Source: Bacteroidota bacterium
GTDB taxonomy: Bacteria > Bacteroidota > Bacteroidia > JAADEI01 > JALVCQ01
Assembly (NCBI GenBank): GCA_027009805.1
Contig: JALVCQ010000036.1
Location: forward strand, 1 to 41,399
Direction: 5' to 3'
DNA length: 41,399 bases
The notes under the pieces were generated by a model. That model saw only the letters and a list, made by a program, of their open reading frames with translations. It had not been told where the DNA came from and did not search any database. Each line of letters starts with the position of its first letter. Within the stretch, counting starts at the first letter, position 1. Shown here piece by piece: positions 16,983-26,691 of the stretch. Position numbers and translations under genes: made by a program.

Positions 16983-17565
16983 CCGTTTGCTTCAGAAAGT
17001 AAGGGTCCAGCACCTGTCGGATGCGTCCGAAGACTTCGTCGATGGTGCCCACACCGGGGATGTGTTGCAGTTTTCCCTGTTGGGCGTAATAATCCTGCAC
17101 GGGAGCGGTTTTTCGCTGATATTCCTCGAACCGGCGCCGGATGACGGCTTCGTTGTCGTCGGCCCGTCCCTGTTGTCGGGCCCGTTGTAGAAGGCGCTTG
17201 ACGAGCTCTTCCTGTGGGACGTCGAGCGCAATGACGACGTCCACCTTCTTTCCCATAGAGGCAAGCAGGCGGTCGAGGGCTTCGGCCTGCGCATTGGTTC
17301 GGGGGAATCCGTCAAAGAGGAATCCTGCTGCGGTGGGTTGTTGTTCCAGGGCCGAGCGCAACACTTCGACGGTCAGTTCGTCGGGCACCAGCCGGCCGCT
17401 TTCCACGAGGGCCTTAATCTGCTCGCCGAGGGAGCTGCCGCTGCGGATTTCCCGCCGAAAAATGTCGCCTGTGGCAATGTGTGTGATGCCGTATGCTTGG
17501 GCGATTTTCTGGGCCTGGGTGCCTTTCCCCGCGCCCGGCGGTCCGAAAATGACGATGTTGACCAT
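16969..17565 (-). CDS. adk: Adenylate kinase (short-LID type)
   Basis: 198 aa with P-loop GPPGAGKGTQ. The short LID, GRADDNEAVIRRRF, has no Zn-binding cysteines. Confidence 0.93.
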   Translation of the reverse strand: MVNIVIFGPPGAGKGTQAQKIAQAYGITHIATGDIFRREIRSGSSLGEQIKALVESGRLVPDELTVEVLRSALEQQPTAAGFLFDGFPRTNAQAEALDRLLASMGKKVDVVIALDVPQEELVKRLLQRARQQGRADDNEAVIRRRFEEYQRKTAPVQDYYAQQGKLQHIPGVGTIDEVFGRIRQVLDPYFLKQTDGAA

Positions 17566-17570
17566 GAAGG

Positions 17571-18113
17571 TTAGGATTTCAGTGCATAAATGCCGGGCAA
17601 ATTTCGCCCCAATTGATTGTAGTCGAGCCCATATCCCAGTAAAAAGATATTGGGCACCTCAAACCCCACATAATCGATTTGCAGCGGAACTTTCAGGGCC
17701 TCCTTCTTGAACAGCAGTGCGGCTATTTTCACGGCCTGCGGTTGATATTCCTGCAATTTCTCCATCAAGTATTGCATGGTCAACCCCGAATCGACGATAT
17801 CTTCGAGAATTACGATATAGCGGTCTCGCAACGATTCGTTGAGGCCGATGAGTTCTCGGATTTTCCCCACGGAATGCGTGCCCTGATAGGAAGCCAGTTT
17901 CACAAAAGATATTTCACTTAAAAAGTTAAGGTTGCGCAGCAGGTCGGCGGCAAAGAAGAACGACCCGTTCAGAACGGCCAGAAAAAGCGGGTTCTTATCG
18001 GCGAGTTCTTGATTCATCCGGTCGGCAATTTCTTTGACACGCCGAGCCACTTCCTCGCCGGAGATGAGCTCGCAGAACTCCTTATCGTGAACGGTCACAC
18101 AGGGAGGAAACAT
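17571..18113 (-). CDS. hpt: Hypoxanthine phosphoribosyltransferase
   Basis: 180 aa with PRPP-binding motif VILEDIVDSGLT and a typical Hpt N-terminus. Confidence 0.9.
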   Translation of the reverse strand: MFPPCVTVHDKEFCELISGEEVARRVKEIADRMNQELADKNPLFLAVLNGSFFFAADLLRNLNFLSEISFVKLASYQGTHSVGKIRELIGLNESLRDRYIVILEDIVDSGLTMQYLMEKLQEYQPQAVKIAALLFKKEALKVPLQIDYVGFEVPNIFLLGYGLDYNQLGRNLPGIYALKS

Positions 18114-18125
18114 ACCGGCCGTTCG

Positions 18126-21100
18126 TTAGCGTAAGAGCATCACCCGACCTCTGTAATGATGGGGCACGCCCTTGATATCGGAAATTTTGATGCTATAAAA
18201 ATACAACCCCTCCGGTGCCGGGCGCCCGTTGAGCATGCCGGACCACCCTTCCCGCACATCATGCGTCCGAAACACCTCTTTTCCCCATCGGTTATAGATG
18301 ATGAACTCATATTGCCGATAGACGTCGGTGGTATGTGATCGGCCATAAAGAATAGACGGCTTGAAGATATCGTTGCGGTCATCTGCGTTTGGCGTAAAGG
18401 CGTTGGGGATGTATATCAGAAGTGCCAGATCGGGGCAGACCTTATTGGAATAGCTCTGGTCCACCGAGTCGGGGTTTGTGTTCCGTTCCGTAGCCAACAC
18501 CTTATAGCATAGGATCGTATCGACCACTCGGGCGGGGTCAGTGGTGCTGTCAGTATAGGTAGTGGTTCCGCCGCCGAGCGTGGCCAACACCTCATAATCT
18601 CCATTCGCCTGCAATCGAAGGACTTTGTAGTGGTCCACGCCTTGCGGCCAATCGCCATAGGGCGTCCATTGAAGGGTGACGGTTTTATTAGGGTTCACGG
18701 TCGCCTGCAGCCATATGGTCTTTCCAAGGTTGCTCCATGGGCCGGGATAGCCGCAGTCATCCAGGGTGCGCACCCGATACCACTGCGAGGCCACCGTCGG
18801 GTCGGTCATCGTATCCAACCATTGCGTAGAAGAAGAGGCGGCGTAATCGTCGTGCCACGTCCCCGCCGTATCGCGCCATGAAATCTGATATCGAAGCAGA
18901 TTTTTCTGCATGCCCGGCATCCATTCCATTGCTACATGATGGTTGGGCGTCACACTGACGTAATAGAGCTCGTAAGGCGCCGATTGATATTGATAAAAGG
19001 GCGTGTCGCAATCCATATTGCTCAGCGAGACAAATGCCTTGTTATCAGGATGAACGACTTCTACATAATAGCAATATTCTCGGTCACACAGGCCCGAATC
19101 GATATAGAAGGTGTCGGTGGTGGCTGCGATGAGAACGGCTGTCGAATCTTCGATGCGATATACTCTGTATGTAAGGGTGGTATCCCATCCCACGTAAGGG
19201 GTCCAGTCGAGCCGGAGGGTTCGTTGTCCTTGGGGGGTCACGGTAAGGAGCATCAGACAATGTGCATCGGCGGGTGACCCTTCCAGGCCGCAGATATCCC
19301 TGATTTTAAGGGTATAGCAATAGCGGGCGGTGTTGACATCAATGGGCGGGATCGAATCGATATATTGCGTATTGCCCATTCGATCTACAGAATCAATGAT
19401 ACCGCTGTTGCCGAAGTTATCCGAACGGACAATCAAATAACGGGCCACTTCAAAAGCATCGACCGAATCCCATCTTAGTTCACCATATTGAAAATTAAAC
19501 GTGGACACATAATCCAGCGTGGGCGGTGCGGCGGGCACCGTATCCAACACGGTCACCACCTGCACCTGGATGGTGGTGTCAACACATCCGTGAATATCCT
19601 GAACGGCAAGCGTGATGGAAAAGATTCCATCCTTGCCGTAATAATACGGTGTTGGATTGGGCAGGTTGGAGGTGTCGGCGTCGGTGGTGATGTCACCGAA
19701 CTCCCACCACCACCGCACCAGCGGGTAGTCGCCATACGAGAGGTCCTGCAAGCGCAAAGAGTCATCATAGCAAAGCAGCGAATCCAACACCTTGAAATCG
19801 GCCACCGGCAACGGATGGGCCACGATATAATCGGGTTTCAGTGCGGTATCGGAACATCCGAAATCGGAAAACGCCACCAGTTGCACCGAATAGGTGTCGG
19901 GTGCCAGGTAAGTAAAGGTTACGGTGTCACCGTTCTGGTCGATGGTGCCGTTATTATCCATATCCCATCGCCAGATGGCGGCTTTGTGGCTGCTTGCCTG
20001 AAAAGTGGTGGTTAAAGGGACGCACCCCTCCACGGGGGCGCCGCTAAAATCGACCCGCGGGCGGATATAGACCACGATGCTGTCTTGCTGCAACGACAGT
20101 TTGGGATATACAATGACGCATCCGGTTTCATCCGCCGCAAGCATACTGGGATAAAACACCTGATAGTCGAGGGTGGTGTCTTGCACCATATAGGTGTGAG
20201 CGGTCGGGAACGTGGTATCAAACGGCGAACCGTCGCCGAAGTCAAAGAACAACTGCCCCACGTTCTGACTGGAATCGACAAACATCACGGTGAGCGGTTC
20301 ACACCCCAAGTTATTCAGCATCGTAAAACGCGGCTTAGGACCCACCACGGTAATATACTCGTCCTTCACCACCGTGTCCCGACACCCGTGTGCGCTTTCG
20401 CCGACGGCCTGGACGGTAAAGCCGCTGCCCTGCCCGCCCGAGTTTGTTTGATATACGTGAATGGCGGTAGAATAAGGCGTTGTAATCGGCGGGGAGCCGT
20501 CACCGAAGTCCCAATAAAACGTGGTGGCATGATTCACATTTACCGTCTGGAAGGTTACGAACACGGGTGCACAGGAATAAAGCGTGTCCGGGGAATAAAA
20601 GTCGAGGGTGACGCGCTCGACGTATATCGAGTCGTAAACAGTGTCTTTACATCCGGCACCGTTTTCTCCAATCAGCCGAATCGCATACCAACCGGAATCC
20701 GAGAACGCCACCTGTGGGTCGGACACCGTGTCGGCGGGCAAGATGGATGCCGTCCCCCCCGGAAACACATCCCACTTCAAGTGGATGACGTCTCCATTGG
20801 AAGCATTTTGAAGGGCAAGCGTGTCTCCAAAACACAAGAAAGACGCCCCCTTGGAGAAGCCGGCTGTGGTGCCCATCCGGACGGGCGTTGGGACCGTCAC
20901 CGAGTCGTAACACCCTTCACCGTTGGTGACCACCAACACCACCTGAAAGGTGCTTTCATCGTTCGAAAAAAGCGTGGCGGTGGTGGAAGCATTGGTCGCC
21001 GAAGCGATGGACACCGAATCATCGGGGTCGGCCGGGAACACATACCACTGGTAAGTCATCGGCAGGGCGAATCCGGCGTTGATCACCGACTGCATGCTGA

Positions 21101-23093
21101 GGGTCATGGAAGGCGGACATCCCAGCGTGGGCGTCACGTTGGCCGTCACCGCCAGCTTTCGGACGGTAATGTAGTTGTTCTTGACGATGGTGTCGGTGCA
21201 GGTGCCGGCTCCGGCGATGAGGGTGACTTTATAGGTGCCCGGGACCGTGAGGTTCACTGTCGGCGCACCGCCCGATGCGGTCACCACCGTGCCCGAATCC
21301 ACATTCAACAATTCCCATGAATAGGCATAGGGAAAGTCGGCGGGCGTGGCGACGGCCGTCAGATGAATGGGCGTGCCTACACATACAAAGGGGGTATCCA
21401 CCGAAAAATCCACGGTGGGCACATGGGCACAAAAGAGGTCTTCCACCGTATCGACGCCGACGCATCCACTCGACGATTCGATGCGGTATATTGCATCATA
21501 GCACCCCGTATCGGGGGGATGAAAGGTAAAGGCAAATTCCGGCGTGTCCACGATCGAATCGAGGATGGTGGTTCCCGCCGTATCCAGCACATACCAGGTG
21601 TAAAAGAGCGTATCGTTTGGGTCGGAAGGCAGGCCCAGGCTGCCGCCGTCCACCAGAATAATGGAATCATACACACACACGGCGGAAGGCTGTGCGCCGG
21701 GCACCGGCTGGATGGAGTCGATAACGATAAAGTTCGCCTTTCGAATGGTGTCTATACACCCGTTGGCCTGGGTAATTTGTAAAAAGACATCATATTTCCC
21801 GAAGTCGTTGTAGGTCCAGGAGGGCACGTTGGATGTGGAAGTGCCCAATACGGTGGTGTTGTCTTTGTCATAAAACTTCCACAGATAGGTAACGGTGGAT
21901 GAGGCCGAGGATGCATCTACAAAACCGGCGGTAAAGGGCGGCGAGCAGTCTCGGGTTTGGGCGGCGGAGAAGTCGGCATGATTGGCGGAGACATCGATCA
22001 GGCTCGAGTAGGTCCGGCTGTTGCTGCATCCGTTGTAGGAAAAAGCCACCGTAACGTCGTGGGTGCCCGGGATGTCATATTGGACCCGCACCGAGTCGGG
22101 CATGGAGTCGACGATGATGTTGCCGCCGGGCACAGTCCAGCTGAAGGTGCCGGGATAGGCGGTTGGATTATTCATCGTAAACAGGACCGACTCGCCCTGA
22201 CAGAGGGATGTGCTGGAAGGTGTCATCGACAGGTCGGCTGTATCCCCCACCTGAATATAGTTCGATTGAGTCAGCGAATACATACATCCGCCCTGCGTGG
22301 TGACTGTCAGGATGACGTCGTATTTGCCCGGCGTATTATAAGTGATGTTGGGTGGGGTATTTCCCGAATAAGATGAAGGGCTTCCACCCGGGAAGTTCCA
22401 CAGCACATTCGTGATAGATGCAGAACCTTTCACAACACTGCCGGTGAAGGATGTGAGCAGCGGACGGCATCCCACCCGAAACGGCGAGGAAAAAGACATC
22501 GAAGGGGGCGCAGCCACAAAGACCACCGAATCTTGGGTGACAATCGTATAGCATCCGGTCGAGTCAAACACCCGCAGGATCACGCTTTTCCATCCGGGGG
22601 TGTTGAAGGTATGGGTAATCGTCCGACCGGCGTTGAGATAGGTGACGCCGTCGATTACCCAGTCTCGGGTCGAATCCTGATAGTTGACGTCTGTGAATGT
22701 AACCGACTGTCCCACGTTACACAGCACCGTCGTATCCACCGTAAAGGTGGGGTTGGCGATGCCGCCGATATTGACGAAGTTGTTTTTAACCACCTCACAA
22801 GTATCGCTTCCGGTGATTACCCGCAGTTTCACCGTATAATGACCGGGCGAGAGATAGAATCGGTTCATCGAATCCAGCCCCGGCACAAAGCCGTTGCCCA
22901 GTCCAAAGTCCCAATAGATGGTAGCGTTATTCGGCACGTTCTGGGCCACAAACTCCACTTTCAGCGGCGGGCATCCGGTGGTGGTGTCGGCCACAAAGTC
23001 AAGGCCGGGCGGACACTGGGCATGGCCGCTCTGTGCTGCAAACAGCCACAGCAAGAGAGCCGCGGCGCCCCATCGTATAGACCGATATGGCAT
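18126..23093 (-). CDS. Giant PKD-repeat surface protein with a T9SS type-B (gliding-motility-associated) C-terminal sorting domain
   Basis: The track start at 23111 is GTG, so I moved it to ATG 23093 (MPYRSIRWGAAALLLWLFAAQSGHAQ signal peptide). About 12 PKD-like units have GC(x)PL..V.F starts and W(D/N)FGDG motifs. FN3-like modules follow, then the C-terminal IPNAFTPNADDRNDIFKP...GRVMLLR (about 18129-18395). Confidence 0.88.
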   Translation of the reverse strand: MPYRSIRWGAAALLLWLFAAQSGHAQCPPGLDFVADTTTGCPPLKVEFVAQNVPNNATIYWDFGLGNGFVPGLDSMNRFYLSPGHYTVKLRVITGSDTCEVVKNNFVNIGGIANPTFTVDTTVLCNVGQSVTFTDVNYQDSTRDWVIDGVTYLNAGRTITHTFNTPGWKSVILRVFDSTGCYTIVTQDSVVFVAAPPSMSFSSPFRVGCRPLLTSFTGSVVKGSASITNVLWNFPGGSPSSYSGNTPPNITYNTPGKYDVILTVTTQGGCMYSLTQSNYIQVGDTADLSMTPSSTSLCQGESVLFTMNNPTAYPGTFSWTVPGGNIIVDSMPDSVRVQYDIPGTHDVTVAFSYNGCSNSRTYSSLIDVSANHADFSAAQTRDCSPPFTAGFVDASSASSTVTYLWKFYDKDNTTVLGTSTSNVPSWTYNDFGKYDVFLQITQANGCIDTIRKANFIVIDSIQPVPGAQPSAVCVYDSIILVDGGSLGLPSDPNDTLFYTWYVLDTAGTTILDSIVDTPEFAFTFHPPDTGCYDAIYRIESSSGCVGVDTVEDLFCAHVPTVDFSVDTPFVCVGTPIHLTAVATPADFPYAYSWELLNVDSGTVVTASGGAPTVNLTVPGTYKVTLIAGAGTCTDTIVKNNYITVRKLAVTANVTPTLGCPPSMTLSMQSVINAGFALPMTYQWYVFPADPDDSVSIASATNASTTATLFSNDESTFQVVLVVTNGEGCYDSVTVPTPVRMGTTAGFSKGASFLCFGDTLALQNASNGDVIHLKWDVFPGGTASILPADTVSDPQVAFSDSGWYAIRLIGENGAGCKDTVYDSIYVERVTLDFYSPDTLYSCAPVFVTFQTVNVNHATTFYWDFGDGSPPITTPYSTAIHVYQTNSGGQGSGFTVQAVGESAHGCRDTVVKDEYITVVGPKPRFTMLNNLGCEPLTVMFVDSSQNVGQLFFDFGDGSPFDTTFPTAHTYMVQDTTLDYQVFYPSMLAADETGCVIVYPKLSLQQDSIVVYIRPRVDFSGAPVEGCVPLTTTFQASSHKAAIWRWDMDNNGTIDQNGDTVTFTYLAPDTYSVQLVAFSDFGCSDTALKPDYIVAHPLPVADFKVLDSLLCYDDSLRLQDLSYGDYPLVRWWWEFGDITTDADTSNLPNPTPYYYGKDGIFSITLAVQDIHGCVDTTIQVQVVTVLDTVPAAPPTLDYVSTFNFQYGELRWDSVDAFEVARYLIVRSDNFGNSGIIDSVDRMGNTQYIDSIPPIDVNTARYCYTLKIRDICGLEGSPADAHCLMLLTVTPQGQRTLRLDWTPYVGWDTTLTYRVYRIEDSTAVLIAATTDTFYIDSGLCDREYCYYVEVVHPDNKAFVSLSNMDCDTPFYQYQSAPYELYYVSVTPNHHVAMEWMPGMQKNLLRYQISWRDTAGTWHDDYAASSSTQWLDTMTDPTVASQWYRVRTLDDCGYPGPWSNLGKTIWLQATVNPNKTVTLQWTPYGDWPQGVDHYKVLRLQANGDYEVLATLGGGTTTYTDSTTDPARVVDTILCYKVLATERNTNPDSVDQSYSNKVCPDLALLIYIPNAFTPNADDRNDIFKPSILYGRSHTTDVYRQYEFIIYNRWGKEVFRTHDVREGWSGMLNGRPAPEGLYFYSIKISDIKGVPHHYRGRVMLLR

Positions 23094-23136
23094 TAGATTC
23101 TTTTTACCCACGGCAATAATACAGGAAACGGGCTTT

Positions 23137-23823
23137 TCAGAGAAAGTTCTCGGAATGCCGGGCTTTCATCCGGCCGCCCTCGATTTCATATATCTTTCCA
23201 GGGAACTTCCGTATCAGGGGATAGTCGTGGGTGACGATCATCACCCCAATCTGGTCTTTGACACATTGCGTAAGGGCGGCCATCACTTCTTCGGACGTGA
23301 CGGGGTCTAAATTTCCGGTGGGTTCATCAGCCAAAATCAACGGCGGTTGATTGAGCAGGGCCCGGGCGATGGCCACGCGTTGTTGCTCTCCACCCGAAAG
23401 CTGATAAGGATATTTTCCACGGTGGGCTTCCAGACCGACCTGCCGGAGCACCTCACCGATGCGCCGCTTCATCAGGCCCTGCTTTTTCCATCCCGTGGCT
23501 TTGAGCACAAAGGAGAGGTTCTCTTCGATCGTGCGATCGAAAAGCAATTGAAAATCCTGAAATACGATACCAAGGTTACGGCGCAATCGAGGGATGTCCG
23601 AACGACGAAGTCCAGAAAGCGATATGCCCGCCACCTCTACTTTTCCTCCCAACAAGGGAAGTTCTCCGTAAAGGGTTTTGAGCAGGGTGCTCTTGCCGGT
23701 GCCGGTGCGACCAATCAGATACACCAACTCGCCCCGCTGCACTTCCAACGTCACATCCCGAAGGAGCGGCACATGATCAATACCGAAGACAGCCCCTTCA
23801 CAACGAAGCACCTGCTCGGTCAT
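23137..23823 (-). CDS. ftsE: Cell-division ABC ATPase FtsE
   Basis: 228 aa with Walker A GRTGTGKST, signature LSGGEQQRV and Walker B LILADEPT. The FtsE-like segment LRRNLGIVFQDFQLL is present. No ftsX is adjacent. Confidence 0.8.
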   Translation of the reverse strand: MTEQVLRCEGAVFGIDHVPLLRDVTLEVQRGELVYLIGRTGTGKSTLLKTLYGELPLLGGKVEVAGISLSGLRRSDIPRLRRNLGIVFQDFQLLFDRTIEENLSFVLKATGWKKQGLMKRRIGEVLRQVGLEAHRGKYPYQLSGGEQQRVAIARALLNQPPLILADEPTGNLDPVTSEEVMAALTQCVKDQIGVMIVTHDYPLIRKFPGKIYEIEGGRMKARHSENFL

Positions 23824-24089
23824 GAGGCGGCTTCCTTTTGCTCATAACATACGATACGGCCGTAGGGCGTCTGCTCCAGCAGTTCTTTCAATGCCCGCCG
23901 ATCTTTCGGATGATGAATACCCAATTGCTGAAAAATCTTCTCTTCCCGGTCCAGACGAATGTAATACAGCAATGAGAACGACTCGTCCCGCACTTGCAAG
24001 TAGCTGGGAATCTTATTCGACGACTCGACCTTCAATAAGAAAAACCGCCGCACACCCATGGTCGGCTCACTTTCCAACAAAGGTAACAT
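23820..24089 (-). CDS. Small hypothetical protein (79-89 aa), translationally coupled to ftsE
   Basis: The ORF has ATG candidates at 24089 and 24059, and its stop overlaps the ftsE ATG (ATGA). It has no TM segment or signal peptide, and I recognise no family. Confidence 0.5.
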   Translation of the reverse strand: MLPLLESEPTMGVRRFFLLKVESSNKIPSYLQVRDESFSLLYYIRLDREEKIFQQLGIHHPKDRRALKELLEQTPYGRIVCYEQKEAAS

Positions 24090-24096
24090 CCCACAT

Positions 24097-25149
24097 TCAT
24101 TCAGCCGGCACAGCCGAGGGAACAGGTCGGCGGTGATAAAACATCATGGTCAACCCAAGCACAAACACGAGCGCGCCGGTCATCTGATGAAGCACGCCCC
24201 AAAAACGGGGAACGTTCAGCATAATGACGACGATGCCGAAGATGATCTGCGTGCTGAGCAGAAGAAGCAAGGCCGCGCCCACCTTAAAGAGGGCCGACTT
24301 TCGGCAGCACCGCCACAACTGAAAATAGGCATACAAAAACACCGTCAACACCACAAAGGCCCACCACCGATGGATAAAATGGACGGTAATGGGGTTTTCC
24401 ACCAGATTCACCCACATCGGCTTTAAGATGGACAACAGCCCGGAAGGCAACCATCGGCCGCCCATCAGCGGAAACGTATCCGACACATGACCGGCTTTCA
24501 GTCCCGCCATGAAAGCCCCGTAGATCATCTGCACAATAAGCAAGATCATGAACCAACGAAAGGTCCGCAAATAAGCAGCCGGCAACGGACCGTCAGACGG
24601 CGGCCGGACCGCCCGCCGCAGAAACTCGGTCCACGACAGCGCCAAGATCGTCAATGCCAGCAACAGATGCAACATCAGCCGATAATGACTGACCGACGGC
24701 CGATCTTGCAGGCCGCTTTTAACCATCAGCCATCCCATCACGCCCTGGCCCAAGAAAAGCACCACCAGCATGCCAAACTTGCGGACCTCTGCTTTGGTCA
24801 ACCGCCGCCGAAGCCACCAGTATAAATAAGGCAACACCACCATCAGGCCCACCAACCGGCCCACCAGCCGGTGAAACCATTCAATGTAAAATATTTTCTT
24901 ATATTCTTCCAGGGACATTCCCTGATTGATCTTCCGGTATTCCGGAGACTGCTGATATTTTTCAAACTCGGCCTGCCACTGCGCCGGCGTAGAAGGCGGG
25001 AAAACCCCCATGACCACATTCCATTCCACAATGGAAAGGCCGGCCCGGGAAAGGCGTACATATCCACCCAGACCAATCATAAACACCACCCAGAACGAGA
25101 CCATCAACAACCACAGCGTTTTCGGCTCCCGCCACCATCCAGATCGCAT
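24097..25149 (-). CDS. ctaA: Heme A synthase (COX15/CtaA family)
   Basis: The track start at 25194 is TTG, so I moved it to ATG 25149 (MRSGWW...). It is polytopic with conserved His residues in TM segments (WFHRLVG, HLLLAL, HRWWAF, LHQMTGAL). Confidence 0.85.
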   Translation of the reverse strand: MRSGWWREPKTLWLLMVSFWVVFMIGLGGYVRLSRAGLSIVEWNVVMGVFPPSTPAQWQAEFEKYQQSPEYRKINQGMSLEEYKKIFYIEWFHRLVGRLVGLMVVLPYLYWWLRRRLTKAEVRKFGMLVVLFLGQGVMGWLMVKSGLQDRPSVSHYRLMLHLLLALTILALSWTEFLRRAVRPPSDGPLPAAYLRTFRWFMILLIVQMIYGAFMAGLKAGHVSDTFPLMGGRWLPSGLLSILKPMWVNLVENPITVHFIHRWWAFVVLTVFLYAYFQLWRCCRKSALFKVGAALLLLLSTQIIFGIVVIMLNVPRFWGVLHQMTGALVFVLGLTMMFYHRRPVPSAVPAE

Positions 25150-25168
25150 CAGAGGACTCTTTGCATCA

Positions 25169-26620
25169 TCAGAAGAAAAAGACAAAATAGACAATCAGCA
25201 ACACCACCATGAGCATCGGCAATGAATAACGCATGATATATCCGAAAAAGGACGGCATGCGAATCCCGACCTGTTCGGCGATGGATTTCACCATGAAGTT
25301 GGGGCCGTTGCCGATGTAAGTCATAGCTCCGAAGAACACAGCCGCCACTGATATGGCCTCCAAATAATGCGGATGTTCATTCGCAAAAGCAACCACCTGT
25401 GCCGGGACGTTAATATCCAGCCCCACCTTGGCCATGGCGGCAGCCAGGAAGGTCAGATAGGTGGGCGCATTGTCCAGCACCGACGAGAATGCCCCCGTAG
25501 CCCAATAGAGCAAGTCCACCGTGATAAGCTTCTGCCCCTCGGGGCTGGATGCAAACTCGCCCACCAGGGCCAGCGCCGGAATCATTGTCCCGAAGATGCC
25601 GATGAACAGGAAAGCCACCTCTTTGATGGGTTCAAAGTCAAACTCATTACCGCGCAGACATTCCTTATCGGCGTATTTATAGGAGAAATACATCACCGCC
25701 AGCATGATCAACTCCCGAACGAACGACACCCGAATGCCCTCAATTTCCAGCGCCGGCACCCAGTCGAAAACGGCCGGATCGAGGAACACCGCCCCGATGA
25801 CCACCCCCAGCCACAGGAAGTTTTTCTTGCCCTTAAACGCTATTTTGCCGGAACTTTCCGAGGGCTCTTCCTGCATGCCCAGCCACTTGACATAGTTCCG
25901 TCGATCGATAAAATAGAAAAAGAGCGCCAGCAAAACGAGCGCAAACAGCCAGATAAACCACACTTTCTTCAAGACCCAAAAGAAGGGCACGCCTTTGAGG
26001 TAGCCCAGAAACAGCGGTGGGTCGCCGATAGGGGTGAGCGCTCCGCCCACATTGCTAATCATGAAGATGAAGAAGATGATATGATAGGGCTGAATGCGCT
26101 TCCGGTTCATCCGGATGAAGGGGCGGATGAGCAACATGGAAGCGCCTGTGGTTCCGATAATATTGGAAACGACAGAGCCAATCAACAGCATCCCCACATT
26201 CTGCAGCGGCGTGCCCGCTTTATCCACCTTAATCAGGATACCGCCGGAGGCCACATACAACGATCCCAACAGGGCGATAAACGACACATACTCGGCCAGA
26301 GTGTGGACAGGCCGGTGGTAGTCATGAAAATAAAAAAGATAGGTAAAAATCATCAGTGCTCCTAACACCACAGCTATCACCGGATAACGACGATGCCAGA
26401 AGTGCGGGTAGAAAATGGGCCCGGTGGCAATCATCAACAACAACACCACAAAAGGAATCACCAGAAAGGGCGGTGTATGCTCGGCATGATGGGCTTGCTG
26501 AACGGCATGTTCGGCGCCGGCCGGCGCACTGGCGGCGGCAAAGGCTTGATGACCGCCCCACGCAAACACCGTCAGAAGAAGCGCCATCCACAGCCATCGA
26601 GGGAATCGCAGCAGGTTCAT
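25169..26620 (-). CDS. ArsB/NhaD-superfamily permease (putative Na+/H+ antiporter)
   Basis: The track start at 26635 is TTG, so I moved it to ATG 26620 (MNLLRFPRWLWMALLL...). It has about 11-12 TM segments and an NhaD/citrate-transporter-like layout. A His-rich segment follows the signal sequence. Confidence 0.7.
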   Translation of the reverse strand: MNLLRFPRWLWMALLLTVFAWGGHQAFAAASAPAGAEHAVQQAHHAEHTPPFLVIPFVVLLLMIATGPIFYPHFWHRRYPVIAVVLGALMIFTYLFYFHDYHRPVHTLAEYVSFIALLGSLYVASGGILIKVDKAGTPLQNVGMLLIGSVVSNIIGTTGASMLLIRPFIRMNRKRIQPYHIIFFIFMISNVGGALTPIGDPPLFLGYLKGVPFFWVLKKVWFIWLFALVLLALFFYFIDRRNYVKWLGMQEEPSESSGKIAFKGKKNFLWLGVVIGAVFLDPAVFDWVPALEIEGIRVSFVRELIMLAVMYFSYKYADKECLRGNEFDFEPIKEVAFLFIGIFGTMIPALALVGEFASSPEGQKLITVDLLYWATGAFSSVLDNAPTYLTFLAAAMAKVGLDINVPAQVVAFANEHPHYLEAISVAAVFFGAMTYIGNGPNFMVKSIAEQVGIRMPSFFGYIMRYSLPMLMVVLLIVYFVFFF

Positions 26621-26649
26621 GATAGAAGAAAACAACCGTTTAAGCGGCG

Positions 26650-26657
26650 CAAAAGTA
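26650..26657 (-). promoter_or_regulatory. Candidate -7 box TACTTTTG upstream of the NhaD-like gene
   Basis: The reverse complement of caaaagta is a perfect TAnnTTTG match followed by CGCCGC. 29 nt separate the box from the ATG at 26620. Confidence 0.3.
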
Positions 26658-26691
26658 ACAGCTTGGCCGCCGGAAACGGGGCGGATGTGAC

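Noticed and set aside
23137-23823. Whether the ABC ATPase could be the missing CcmA.
   Set aside because: Its sequence is FtsE-like (LRRNLGIVFQDFQLL, short 228-aa ATPase), and it lies 13 kb from the ccm operon on the opposite strand.
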